A stretch of DNA of 64,000 nucleotides from the NCBI GenBank assembly GCA_963793865.1, contig CAWCBP010000014.1:1-64000 (forward strand), given 5' to 3'. Made by a program: the position numbers and the translations under genes. The notes under the pieces were generated by a model. That model was not told the origin of the DNA. It did no database searches and saw only the letters and a list, made by a program, of their open reading frames with translations. This stretch comes from an uncultured delta proteobacterium (GTDB taxonomy: Bacteria > Desulfobacterota > WTBG01). Positions 1 through 9,871 of the stretch are shown in pieces; positions within the stretch are counted from its first letter, which is position 1, and the number at the start of each line of letters is the position of its first letter.

Positions 1-685
1 CTTTGATTACCGCACCGAGACCGATTATACAGAGCGCTGGGAGACGCGCACCTACGATCTCGATACGCTGCGGGGGGTTGATATGTTCCTGTTTTACTGG
101 GGCCCGACTCTTATTGCCCACACCATCACCAGCTGGGACTTCGGCGGCGGCCAGCATCTGGCCATCTCCATCGAGACGCGCAAGGAGAAGGGCGAGTTCT
201 ACTCGGCGGTACGCGGCTTCTTCCGGCAGTACGAGCTTTACTACGTGGTGGCTGACGAGCGTGACGTGGTCCGCCTGCGCACGAACTATCGCGGAGACCA
301 GGGGTACCTCTACCGATTACGCATGAGACCGGATCATGCACGTGCCCTGCTCATCGATTACCTGGGGGAAGTGAACCGACTGGCGGAACATCCCCGCTGG
401 TACAACGCCCTGACCCACAACTGCACCACCATGATCCGCTACCACATGAAGGAGGTAGGCGGGAGCCAGCCGTGGGACTGGCGGATCCTGGCAAACGGCC
501 GTCTTGACGAGCTCGGGTACGAGCGGGGAAGCATCGACACGAGCCAGCCGTTCCCCGAGATGAAGAAGCGGAGCAACATCATGGAGAAGGCAAAAGCAGC
601 AGACAGCTCCCCAAACTTTTCAGTGCAAATCCGGGAGGGCTTGCCGGGCGAAGAAGGAAGCTCGTTCTCCGAGGAAAGGGGGTAA
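1..685 (+). CDS. DUF4105 (Lnb N-terminal-like) domain protein, 5'-truncated by window edge
   Basis: Frame open from base 2 (FDYRTETDYTERWETRTYDL...); motifs IAHT, SIETRKEKGE, RLRTNYR, WYNALTHNCTT. Confidence 0.8.
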   Translation, partial: FDYRTETDYTERWETRTYDLDTLRGVDMFLFYWGPTLIAHTITSWDFGGGQHLAISIETRKEKGEFYSAVRGFFRQYELYYVVADERDVVRLRTNYRGDQGYLYRLRMRPDHARALLIDYLGEVNRLAEHPRWYNALTHNCTTMIRYHMKEVGGSQPWDWRILANGRLDELGYERGSIDTSQPFPEMKKRSNIMEKAKAADSSPNFSVQIREGLPGEEGSSFSEERG

Positions 686-688
686 GGT

Positions 689-2536
689 ATGCCGACCAAA
701 CGGTTCGTAGCGTTAACCGCGCTGGTGATTGTCCTCTTCGGTGTCTCCGGTTGCGCAACTCCGGTGGGAGTGAAGCGGACCAGCGAGAAGGCTGTTTACC
801 AACAGTTGACGGCAAGCATTTTAACAAGCGGGAAGCCGAGCTCCTACTCGATGCAGCTCCTTCAGCGGCTCAACCTGGTTGAACAATATGAAAGGGATGC
901 GAAGCAGGCCCTTGCCCTGCTGCACGAGGGACTCGGCGGTTTGGACGAGCACGACCGCCTGTTTGCGCTCTCCGAGCTGTCCTATGCCTGCGCCAGGAAG
1001 AAGCACGAGCAATCCTATTTTCTGGCCGCGGCGGTATACGCCTATGCATTCCTGTTTCCCGATGATGCCGGCAAGGTTCCGTTACCCCACGATCCGCGCC
1101 TCCGCCTTGCCATGGATCTTTACAACAGCAGCATTAAGGACGGACTCCGCAAGTCCGGGGACAAAGAGGTTGATCTGAGCGCAGCGCGCGTTGTTCTGCC
1201 CTTCGGTTCCATTGACCTCTCTTTGGAACCTTCAGGATTTTTCTATGGCGGATATAAGCTGGTGCACTTTGTTTCGGTTGCTGATCTTGAGGTGCGCGGG
1301 TTCCGCAACCGCTATCGAAAGCCGGGGATCGGCGCCCCCCTCTCAGCCCAGGTTGAGATGACCGCGGGTCGCGCGGCGGACAAATGGATTACCCCGCGGT
1401 CGAAGGTGCCGGTGACTGCCTTCGTCCGGTTCGATCACCCGCGCAGCGCCCTGTCCACCGGGAAGCTGACGGGACGAATAGAGCTGTACAACGTTGACGA
1501 AATCCCCGCGGTGAACCTCGGCGGACATTCGGTTCCGCTGGAGTTTGAGCCGAGCACATCGTTAGCCTACAGGCTCGAGGGGGCGCCGGTATGGGATTTC
1601 GAGATAGCAGGATTTCGCAGGGGTGATTTTAGCCTGTTCGGTAAAAAGGCAGAGGGCGATTTAAAATTTCTCAGTCCCTATTACCCCGGCAAGATTCCGG
1701 TGGTCTTTGTCCACGGCACGGCATCCAGTCCGGCGCGCTGGGCGGAGATGGTCAACGAGTTCCTCGGTGATTCTCGCATTGCCGGCCGCTATCAGTTCTG
1801 GTTCTTCATTTACAACAGCGGCAATCCAATTCCCCTCTCAGCCATGCACCTGCGGGAGAACCTTGAGCTGGCTTTCAAGGAACTCGATCCCGGCGGCAGT
1901 GATGCCGCACTCCGGCAGATGGTCGTCATCGGACACAGCCAGGGCGGGCTGCTCACCAAGATGACCGCAGTGAACAGCGGCACCCGCTTCTGGGAAAACG
2001 TCAGCAGGGAACCGTTTGAGCAGGCGGATCTCTCCGCGGAGACCAGGGATCTGCTGCGCCGCAGCCTCTTCGTGGAGCCGCTGCCGTTCGTGAAACGGGT
2101 GGTCTTCATCGCCACGCCGCACCGGGGGAGCTTCCTGAGCGAGAACATCATCGGGAAGCTCGGCCGCAGGCTCATCCGTCTGCCGGCAACGGTGACAAAG
2201 GTGGGTGTCGAGATAGTCAAGCTGAACCCGGTCGGCGCAGCCAGGACAGCGATCCGCGTTCCAACCTCCATCGAAAACATGGACTGGTCGAATCCCTTCC
2301 TGCGGACTCTTGCGTCGCTGCCGATCGCTGAGGGAGTGCAGGTGAACTCGATCATCCCCGTGAAAGGGGAGGGGCCTCCTGAGAAAGGAGACGACGGAGT
2401 GGTGCGGTATACCAGCGCCCACATCGAACCCGTGGAGTCAGAGCTGGTGGTGCGCTCGGGTCACTCTACCCAGTCGACTCCGCACACCATCGAAGAGGTG
2501 CGGCGCATTCTCTACCGGCATGCCGGGATAGAATGA
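689..2536 (+). CDS. Lipoprotein alpha/beta hydrolase (esterase/lipase family)
   Basis: Lipobox VSGC; PVVFVHG, nucleophile elbow GHSQGG, ATPHRGS, DGVV, C-terminal GHS. Confidence 0.85.
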   Translation: MPTKRFVALTALVIVLFGVSGCATPVGVKRTSEKAVYQQLTASILTSGKPSSYSMQLLQRLNLVEQYERDAKQALALLHEGLGGLDEHDRLFALSELSYACARKKHEQSYFLAAAVYAYAFLFPDDAGKVPLPHDPRLRLAMDLYNSSIKDGLRKSGDKEVDLSAARVVLPFGSIDLSLEPSGFFYGGYKLVHFVSVADLEVRGFRNRYRKPGIGAPLSAQVEMTAGRAADKWITPRSKVPVTAFVRFDHPRSALSTGKLTGRIELYNVDEIPAVNLGGHSVPLEFEPSTSLAYRLEGAPVWDFEIAGFRRGDFSLFGKKAEGDLKFLSPYYPGKIPVVFVHGTASSPARWAEMVNEFLGDSRIAGRYQFWFFIYNSGNPIPLSAMHLRENLELAFKELDPGGSDAALRQMVVIGHSQGGLLTKMTAVNSGTRFWENVSREPFEQADLSAETRDLLRRSLFVEPLPFVKRVVFIATPHRGSFLSENIIGKLGRRLIRLPATVTKVGVEIVKLNPVGAARTAIRVPTSIENMDWSNPFLRTLASLPIAEGVQVNSIIPVKGEGPPEKGDDGVVRYTSAHIEPVESELVVRSGHSTQSTPHTIEEVRRILYRHAGIE

Positions 2537-2735
2537 CAGTCTGTTGAAAAACACCCATCTGCTGCGTTACGCTCATCCTTCGTCATTGCCTGGCTGAGCG
2601 CTCCCTGGCCGAGCTCGGGCAAGGCGGCCAAGCCGGCGTACGTGCATGTACGCCTCATTTGTCAGGATTTTGCGTGCCTTGCATCCGGATGTTTTTGAAC
2701 AGCCTGTGAAAAGATGCTTTTTCAACAAGCTGCTA
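2537..2735. mobile_element. MITE-like repeat copy 1 (with 45-bp nested insertion at 2590-2634)
   Basis: CAGTCTGTTGAAAAAC...GTTTTTGAACAGCCTG plus outer end TTTTTCAACAAGCTGCTA; core nearly identical to copies at 15483 and 18895. Confidence 0.8.
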
Positions 2736-2761
2736 ATATTTACATCGATGGAGGTACAGCA

Positions 2762-3022
2762 ATGCAACGAATTATTATGGCCTGCTTTTTAGGTATCGTC
2801 TGGATGGCAATTGCGGTTCTCGGTTTTCCCGTATGTGTGCCCGCAGGTGAAACCCCTGCATCAGGGGCAATGCTGGATACGCGGGAATACCCGGTCCTCT
2901 CGCAGTCGGAAGTTGCTGTTTTAAAGGGTCGGGGTCACGGGACCATTTTGGTCATGATGTCCGGGGATTGGTGTGATTTGACCACATCTAACGCTTCATG
3001 GCTGCTTTCAGCCAAACGGTGA
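2762..3022 (+). CDS. Small exported hypothetical protein
   Basis: GGAGG RBS before ATG 2762; hydrophobic signal-like N-terminus. Confidence 0.5.
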   Translation: MQRIIMACFLGIVWMAIAVLGFPVCVPAGETPASGAMLDTREYPVLSQSEVAVLKGRGHGTILVMMSGDWCDLTTSNASWLLSAKR

Positions 3023-3175
3023 ACCATGCATGTGAATCTAAGTGATACATGCCGGTTGATTATAACCATGAATAAGTATATGTAATAACAGGAATATTGT
3101 ATATAAAGAGTCCGTGCAGGTACGAGGGCGGGCAGGGTTTGGCATCGCCTTTGCTTCATTTTTGCACAAAAATAA

Positions 3176-3203
3176 GTAAAGGCGATCGGCCAGTCGCCCC
3201 TAC
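3176..3203. repeat. GTAG-family REP-like palindrome (GTAGGGGCGACCGGCCGGTCGCCC type); related copies at 37677-37701, 52919-52946, degenerate 57173-57208
   Basis: GGCGATCGGCCAGTCGCCCCTAC; near-identical palindromes elsewhere in window. Confidence 0.7.
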
Positions 3204-3217
3204 CAAGGGATAGGATT

Positions 3218-3297
3218 TGGATCCCCGCTTTCGCGGGGATGACAGCTAATCAAAGGAACACGTAAGTACATGTCATTCCCGCGGAAGCGGGAATCCA
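3218..3297. repeat. Inverted pair of GTCATTCCCGCGAAAGCGGGAATCCA-type REP-like repeats
   Basis: TGGATCCCCGCTTTCGCGGGGATGACA ... TGTCATTCCCGCGGAAGCGGGAATCCA form a long hairpin. Confidence 0.8.
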
Positions 3298-3630
3298 ATA
3301 GTATTTGCATGTTTCGCGGCGCCCCGGAGGGGTATGGGGGTGATGGCAAAAAAATATTACTTGAAAAAATTGATGGATTTTGATAGGAATCCATTATAAG
3401 CAACAGGCACATGAAGCATCAGTTGAGTATACCGAATTCCTTTTGTCTGATTTGTTCACCGGTAGTTTAAAGTCCAGCCTCTCTGATATTTTTAATGAAC
3501 CCTTAACCTTAATCATTAAGAAAGGAGGTGTTTAAGTATAAGCCTTTATGCGAAAGCATTATAAAGGTTAGCCGCATGGAAGTATAAAGAACCATTACAA
3601 CTTAGTCAGCACTTAAGAAAGGAGTGTGGA

Positions 3631-4569
3631 ATGAAAAAATCTATAGCGTTACTTTTTTGTCTTTGTTTGACCCTGGCGGTTTTTTGTCCGGGGATCGTAA
3701 GTGCCAATTCTTCTGTTGATGCCTCATGTCAAGCATGCCATGATGCAGGTTTTGGCGATGGAACCCTGCATGGTATTCATACCGGTCAAGCGTGCAATAT
3801 ATGCCATGCATCAGCGTCAGGTGGAGACAGTCCCGTCGCCACTTCAAAATGCATTGTATGCCATCCGGTCGGAAATGTCGGATTATGTCCATTAGCTGAT
3901 GCGCACGAAGCTCTAGGACAAGACTGCTTAACCTGTCATGCGCCTGCTTGCGAAGCACAAGCAACGGTTGCCATAGAGCCGGCAACCGCAACTTTGAATC
4001 CCGGAGATACGCAAATCTTCGAAGCGAGTACCACCGGCGGGGATAACACTCCCGCGTACACATGGGAGGTCCAGGGTGGTACTGCCGGTACCGGTAATAC
4101 TACCACGGGAGACAGCATAGAATACACCGCGGGAGATACTCCGGGTAACTACACCATTACCGTAACCGATACCGCCAATGGAAATGTCCAGGCAACTGCC
4201 GCAGTTACCATTGAAGCCGAAGTTACCTGTACTGTCACGGTACTGGACGAACAGCATGCTAAGTCACACTGGGTGGCATTGCCGGCGTTGATTCGCATCC
4301 AGACAACGGGCTTCGAAGTGTCACAGGCAACCGAGGTTACCTTTACCTCTGAGGCTGATGGGGCATTGAATTCGGTTATACCACTTGTTAAACTGGTGAT
4401 TCCGGGTACGGGAACCATCAACCAGTTTGCGATCATACCGCCCGCGCTTTTGACAGGGAACTTTGATGCGGAAAGCGAAACGATCACGGTTGCAGTCGAA
4501 GGCTGCGCGCAAACTGATACCTTAGAGCTCAAACTTCTGAGTTTCGGCCCGATTCCTCTGGGCAAATAG
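3631..4569 (+). CDS. Exported tetraheme c-type cytochrome with Ig-like domain and C-terminal unknown domain
   Basis: Signal peptide; four CXXCH motifs (CQACH, CNICH, CIVCH, CLTCH); Thr-rich beta module (YTWEV...YTA...GNYTITVTD); AAGGAG RBS. Confidence 0.8.
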   Translation: MKKSIALLFCLCLTLAVFCPGIVSANSSVDASCQACHDAGFGDGTLHGIHTGQACNICHASASGGDSPVATSKCIVCHPVGNVGLCPLADAHEALGQDCLTCHAPACEAQATVAIEPATATLNPGDTQIFEASTTGGDNTPAYTWEVQGGTAGTGNTTTGDSIEYTAGDTPGNYTITVTDTANGNVQATAAVTIEAEVTCTVTVLDEQHAKSHWVALPALIRIQTTGFEVSQATEVTFTSEADGALNSVIPLVKLVIPGTGTINQFAIIPPALLTGNFDAESETITVAVEGCAQTDTLELKLLSFGPIPLGK

Positions 4570-4613
4570 AGGGAAATTTAGAGGGAAATTTCAGGAGGAT
4601 TAGAAGGTAAGTA

Positions 4614-4650
4614 AAGAGCCTGATGGTTTATAGTAAGCCATCAGGCTCTT
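4614..4650 (+). terminator. Intrinsic terminator-like hairpin
   Basis: AAGAGCCTGATGG ... CCATCAGGCTCTT followed by T-rich tract after cytochrome gene. Confidence 0.7.
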
Positions 4651-4730
4651 CCTGTTTTATAGAAAGGGGATCAGCGCTCTACGTTGCAATAAGTCATCAA
4701 TAATGTGATCATCTATCTAGGGAGGATGGT

Positions 4731-5441
4731 ATGAAAAGAGCAGTAAGAGCAGTAGTGGTATCAGGTTTGGTATTTGTTTTTGCAACATCCCTCATGTCCT
4801 GCGCATCGACGGGGTCCGCAGCAAAAAGATCAGGGCCGGGATTTCTGGGAAATTATGCACAGAAGTTAGAGCCCGGGCCGAAGGGAGGGGCCAAGATGCG
4901 CTGGCTTAAACCCGGGGTCAATTTTGCAAAATACGACAAGGTTATCCTGGAACATGTTGTCTTCTTTCTTGACGACACCGCACAGTATAAAGGCATTGAT
5001 ACAGCGGAGATGGATGAGCTGGCAAAAAAATGCGACCTGGCGCTGGTCAATGCTCTTAAAGATACGTACACGATCGTAACCGAAACGGGCCCTGACGTTG
5101 TACAGATTCGCATGGCTATTACCGATCTAAAGCAAAGCAGCCCGGTACGGAGTGGCATATCGACGGTCACTATGGTCACACCTATAGGATTGGGGGTGAA
5201 TCTCATAAGGAGGGGTGCCACGGGCAAATGGACCGGTTCGGGTGAGACCGGCTCGGAACTGATGGCCCTCGACTCCTTGACCGGAGAGGTTATCGCCGTT
5301 GCGAAGGATGAAAAGAGCGCGGGATTTACGAAAAGGTACGGCAAGTTGGATTCAGTCGAAGAAGCCTTTAAGTTCTGGGGAGAGAGATTAAAGCTGTTCC
5401 TGGACCAGGCGAGGAGCGCAGCGGCTGAAACAAAGCAATAA
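4731..5441 (+). CDS. DUF3313 family lipoprotein
   Basis: Lipobox LMSC; GFLGNY, KYDKVIL, GPDVVQIRMAITD, DSLTGEVIA. Confidence 0.8.
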   Translation: MKRAVRAVVVSGLVFVFATSLMSCASTGSAAKRSGPGFLGNYAQKLEPGPKGGAKMRWLKPGVNFAKYDKVILEHVVFFLDDTAQYKGIDTAEMDELAKKCDLALVNALKDTYTIVTETGPDVVQIRMAITDLKQSSPVRSGISTVTMVTPIGLGVNLIRRGATGKWTGSGETGSELMALDSLTGEVIAVAKDEKSAGFTKRYGKLDSVEEAFKFWGERLKLFLDQARSAAAETKQ

Positions 5442-5551
5442 GATGAAAAAAAGAATTGTGGCAGGAGCACACATCATCTGCTTGCCTGGATAAAGGCCTG
5501 TGTTTGCCTGGCTGTCCAACAGGTGAAGGCAAAATGACCGGAGGTACACCA

Positions 5552-7240
5552 ATGAAAGTCATCATTGTTGGAGGAGTCGCGGGTGGCGCGTCGTGTGCGG
5601 CCCGCCTGCGCAGGCTGGATGAGAAGGCGGAAATTCTCATGGTTGAACGCGGACCCTATGTTTCCTACGCCAACTGCGGTCTGCCCTACCATGTCGGCGG
5701 CGTGATTGAGCAGGAGTCGAGCCTTCTCGTGTCTACTGCCCAGATGTTCCGTGCAATGTTCGCGATCGACGCGCGGGCGAACACCGAGGCAATTTCTATC
5801 TCGCCGAAGAATAAGACCGTGGACCTGCGGAATGTAACGACCGGCGAGATCACCACCGAGAAATACGACAAGCTGGTGCTCTCGCCCGGGGCGGCACCGA
5901 TCCGTCCTCCCCTGCCCGGAATCGATCTTCCGGGTATCTTTTCGGTGAGGAGCGTGCCGGATGCGAGGGAGATCCGGGAGTGGATCGAGCGGGGTTCGAG
6001 TGATCTGCCCGAAGAGCACACGTCCTCAGGATTCCAGCCGCTGGAGAAGCCGAAGCGCGCGGTGGTAGTGGGCGGCGGATACATCGGCCTCGAGATGGCG
6101 GAAAACCTGGTCCACCGCGGTCTCGAAGTGACCATCGTCGAGATGCTCGACCAGGTCATGGCCCCGCTTGATCCGGAATGCGCACGCCTCGTCGAGCGCC
6201 ACCTGGAAAAGAACGGTGTCCGCCTCGCGCTCAGTGACGCGGTGGCCGGCTTCAAGCAGACGGCCAACGGCTCGCTTGAAGTTCTCACGAAGTCCGGCAA
6301 GGCGCACCCGGCAGACATCGTGATCCTCGCCATCGGCGTGCGTCCGGAGACCCAGCTTGCGAAGATGGCCGGGCTCGAGATCGGCCAGCGCGGCGGGATC
6401 CGCGTCGACGAACACATGCGCACGAGCGACCCGGACATTTTCGCTGTCGGCGATGCGGTAGAAGTAAAGGATTTCGTCACCGGCGAATGGTCCCTGATTC
6501 CGCTCGCAGGGCCTGCGAACCGGCAGGGTCGCATCGCGGCCGATGTGATCGCCGGCCGCGACTCGAGGTTCCGCGGCACCCAGGGCACCTCGGTCATCGG
6601 GGTCTTCGGGGGAACGGTCGCCGCGACCGGCGCCAACGAAAAGCTTCTCACCCGGCTGGGCCAAAAGGATTTCGAAAAAGTCTATATCTTCCCGAATTCC
6701 CACGCGGGGTACTACCCGGGCGCCAAGACCATCGTCCTGAAAGTCATTTTCCGGAAATCCGACGGGCGTCTGCTCGGGGCCCAGGCGCTGGGCATGGATG
6801 GCGTTGAGAAGCGGATCGACGCCCTGGCTATGGCGATCCAGATGGGAGCGACGGTGTACGACCTGGAAGAGGCGGAGCTCTGCTACGCGCCACCGTTCGG
6901 AAGCGCGAAAGATCCCGTCAACTTTGCGGGGATGGTTCCGGCCAATGTCCTTCGGGGCGACATGCCGCTCTGTCACTGGGACTCCGTGGACGGCAAGTTC
7001 CTCCTCGATGTGCGCAACCCGCCGGAAGTCGCCGCAGAGGCCGTGCCGGGTGCGGTCAATATCCCGCTGCCGCAACTCCGCGAACGCCTGGGCGAACTGC
7101 CCCGCGACCGCGAGATCAATATCATCTGCCGCTCTGCCGGGCGTGCCTACTTCGCGACGCGCATCCTGATGCAGAACAGGTTCAAAGCTCGAATCATCTC
7201 CGGAGGCATGCTCTCCCGCTCGATGCTCGTGGCAAAGTGA
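5552..7240 (+). CDS. CoA-disulfide/persulfide reductase with C-terminal rhodanese domain
   Basis: GGVAGG FAD motif, SYANCGLPY redox Cys, GGGYIG NAD motif, LCYAPPF, rhodanese CRSAGRA; RBS GGAGG before ATG 5552. Confidence 0.9.
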   Translation: MKVIIVGGVAGGASCAARLRRLDEKAEILMVERGPYVSYANCGLPYHVGGVIEQESSLLVSTAQMFRAMFAIDARANTEAISISPKNKTVDLRNVTTGEITTEKYDKLVLSPGAAPIRPPLPGIDLPGIFSVRSVPDAREIREWIERGSSDLPEEHTSSGFQPLEKPKRAVVVGGGYIGLEMAENLVHRGLEVTIVEMLDQVMAPLDPECARLVERHLEKNGVRLALSDAVAGFKQTANGSLEVLTKSGKAHPADIVILAIGVRPETQLAKMAGLEIGQRGGIRVDEHMRTSDPDIFAVGDAVEVKDFVTGEWSLIPLAGPANRQGRIAADVIAGRDSRFRGTQGTSVIGVFGGTVAATGANEKLLTRLGQKDFEKVYIFPNSHAGYYPGAKTIVLKVIFRKSDGRLLGAQALGMDGVEKRIDALAMAIQMGATVYDLEEAELCYAPPFGSAKDPVNFAGMVPANVLRGDMPLCHWDSVDGKFLLDVRNPPEVAAEAVPGAVNIPLPQLRERLGELPRDREINIICRSAGRAYFATRILMQNRFKARIISGGMLSRSMLVAK

Positions 7241-7298
7241 AACGTGCCACGTATCACCTGTGCAGGGATAACGATGTTTCGCGGGAGGGCCATAGATT

Positions 7299-7853
7299 AT
7301 GATCAGCACTGATAAGAAGAAAAAGAGCCTGAAGGAAAAAATCTTTCACGAGATGGTCGAGTACTGGATGAATGTCTGTTATCTCACGCTCGTGTTCGCC
7401 ACTTTCACGCAGTACCGAAGATTCCTTCTGGCTGCCCATGGTATCACGTATACGAACTACTGGGTGGCCGTGATCGAAGCGTTGATTCTTGCAAAAGTCA
7501 TCATGATTGGAGATGTGTTCCGCCTCGGCCGCGGCCTTGAACAGAAGCCCTTGATCTATCCCACCCTCTACAAGACTGCCATGTTCACGCTCTTTGTTGG
7601 TATCTTTACCGTGCTCGAGAATGTGATCAAAGGCCTTTGGAAGGGGACTGGGCACACGGGAGATATTGTTGAACTCCTGGGGACAGGACCCAATGAATTT
7701 CTTGCCAATGCTCTGGTCGTCTTTGTTGCTTTTATCCCTTTCTTCGGTGTCAAGGAGTTGGGCCGTTTGTTGGGTCAGGACAAGATACAGGCGCTCTTTT
7801 TCCGGAGTAGAGCTGACAACGCGTCCGATCGATCGGGGCTAAAAGATGTATGA
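7299..7853 (+). CDS. Hypothetical inner-membrane protein (about 4 TM)
   Basis: 184-aa ORF with four hydrophobic segments. Confidence 0.7.
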   Translation: MISTDKKKKSLKEKIFHEMVEYWMNVCYLTLVFATFTQYRRFLLAAHGITYTNYWVAVIEALILAKVIMIGDVFRLGRGLEQKPLIYPTLYKTAMFTLFVGIFTVLENVIKGLWKGTGHTGDIVELLGTGPNEFLANALVVFVAFIPFFGVKELGRLLGQDKIQALFFRSRADNASDRSGLKDV

Positions 7854-7990
7854 CCCTTCCCCACAGGAAATAATGCAGGCAGCTGCAACGCTCTAAGGGC
7901 AGGCCGAAGTTTTTAACACTACCAACCCTAACGCTTATTTTTTAAAAATTTGCCGCCGCCTGTCTGCCTCATCGTAAAGAAGGAGGATTC

Positions 7991-9631
7991 ATGAAAAAAT
8001 CAGCAATCGGGTTGCTGTGGATTATCATCTCCACAATAAGTCCTGCCGTTTCCTTTGCTCAGCCGGCTGCGCCCCCTGACCCTTCCCCGGCAGGTGCTCC
8101 CCAGGGATATCCCGTAGAACTTGATCAAAAGCCCCTCTTCTATGTCAGTAACAAGATAGAGGAAGGTATTTCTTCGACGGCTCGTGCCAGGAATATAGCA
8201 GCACGGATTAAAACCATTGCAGATGACCCCACCATTAAACCCGATTCTCTGCGAACCATAAATTACGCGCTGCCCATTACGATGATTGTTGTCGGTGAAG
8301 AACTGCTTATGGCTGTGATAGAAGATGATGCCCGGATAGCAGGTCGCGGCCGGCAGGAATACGCTGCGGAAATAAGTCAAAAAATGAGCGAGGCGATAGC
8401 GCAATACCGGAAGGAGCACAGCCTTCGATGGATTCTGCAAGGCGCGGTTTATACGCTTATTGCCACGCTGGTGCTTATTGCCGTCCTATATTTTTTCAAC
8501 CGGCTCTACCGGAAGGCAGCGGGAAGGCTGCAGACATGGGTGAATGTCAGAATACATTCAATTCACATACAGTCCTTGGAAATTATCCAGGCCGAACGGC
8601 TCAATGTATTGCTCCTGGAACTCATGCGGATTGTGCGCTTGTGCCTGGTGCTGGTAATTCTCTATGCCTACCTCCACCTGGTGCTGGGGTTTTTCCCCTG
8701 GACACGGCCATTTGCTGATCGTCTTCTGGAATATATGTTCATACCGGTGAAGAAGATGGGCTCCGGCATCGGACGCAATGTACCGAACATTATTTTTCTA
8801 GCTGTTCTGGCACTCGTAATCCGGTATGTCTTAAAACTGATGCGGCTTTTCTTTACGGGGGTTGAGAAGGGCACTATTGCGCTGACAAATTTTGATCCGG
8901 ACTGGGCCGAGCCGACCTACAAGATCTGCCGGTTCCTGGTAATTGCCTTTGCGGTGGTGATTGCGTTTCCCTATATCCCCGGCTCTGATTCGCCGGCTTT
9001 TAAAGGGATATCCATCTTCCTGGGGGTCCTGTTTTCTCTCGGATCAACTTCAGCAATTGCCAATATTGTTGCCGGGTATATGATGACCTACCGGCGGGCC
9101 TTCAAGGTTGGCGACCGGATAAAGATTGAAGATATTACCGGAGACGTTACTCAAGTCAGACTGCAGGTTACACATGTCCATACGGTAAAAAACGAGGAAA
9201 TCATTGTGCCGAATTCGACCATTCTCAACAGCCATGTCATCAACTTCAGCACGCTTGCCCGTGAAAAGGGCCTCATCCTGCATACCACCGTTACCATCGG
9301 CTATGATGCACCATGGCGGCAGGTCCATGCCCTGCTGCTCATGGCCGCTGAAAAAACGGATGGCGTGCTGCGCGAGCCGGCTCCGTTTGTGCTGCAGAAA
9401 TCGCTCGATGATTTTTACATCACCTATGAGCTCAACGCTTACACCAATGAGCCGCAGCGTATGAGCCGGACATATTCCGAACTGCACCAGAATATTCAGG
9501 ATGCCTTCAATGAATACGGCGTGCAAATCATGTCGCCTAATTACGAGGCCGACAGGGATAAGCCCACGTTTGTCCCGAAGGATCAGTGGTACACGGCACC
9601 GGCACGAAAACCCGGCGGAGGAACTGCTTAA
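7991..9631 (+). CDS. MscS-family mechanosensitive channel with periplasmic N-terminal domain
   Basis: NIVAG...RAFKVGDRIKI, IIVPNS, TVTIGYD, FNEYGVQIMSP. Confidence 0.9.
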   Translation: MKKSAIGLLWIIISTISPAVSFAQPAAPPDPSPAGAPQGYPVELDQKPLFYVSNKIEEGISSTARARNIAARIKTIADDPTIKPDSLRTINYALPITMIVVGEELLMAVIEDDARIAGRGRQEYAAEISQKMSEAIAQYRKEHSLRWILQGAVYTLIATLVLIAVLYFFNRLYRKAAGRLQTWVNVRIHSIHIQSLEIIQAERLNVLLLELMRIVRLCLVLVILYAYLHLVLGFFPWTRPFADRLLEYMFIPVKKMGSGIGRNVPNIIFLAVLALVIRYVLKLMRLFFTGVEKGTIALTNFDPDWAEPTYKICRFLVIAFAVVIAFPYIPGSDSPAFKGISIFLGVLFSLGSTSAIANIVAGYMMTYRRAFKVGDRIKIEDITGDVTQVRLQVTHVHTVKNEEIIVPNSTILNSHVINFSTLAREKGLILHTTVTIGYDAPWRQVHALLLMAAEKTDGVLREPAPFVLQKSLDDFYITYELNAYTNEPQRMSRTYSELHQNIQDAFNEYGVQIMSPNYEADRDKPTFVPKDQWYTAPARKPGGGTA

Positions 9632-9871
9632 TACTGCAAGGGCAACTTTAATCCTTTCGACAGAGAGAGACAGACCTGTGAGAACATCGAATGGTGTCCT
9701 GAGGCCACTGCAATGCAGCCTGGTTGTAGGCATGCTGATTTCTCTCGTATTCACTGAACCGCATCAATGGAAGTGCAAACAGCTCGGACACATGCCCCCG
9801 GTTTTTTGAAAAGATCCGTGAAGGCTTGCCTCTGCCCGGCGGGTTAACTGCAGAAAGGGAGTAGAAACAAC

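Noticed and set aside
4568..4591. 12-bp tandem duplication AGAGGGAAATTT
   Set aside because: Single short duplication with no further structure; may be slippage or assembly artefact
5686..7309. Long antisense ORFs (321 and 427 aa; similar at 25142, 26908, 31952, 45514)
   Set aside because: Shadow ORFs opposite well-supported GC-rich genes with no recognisable motifs
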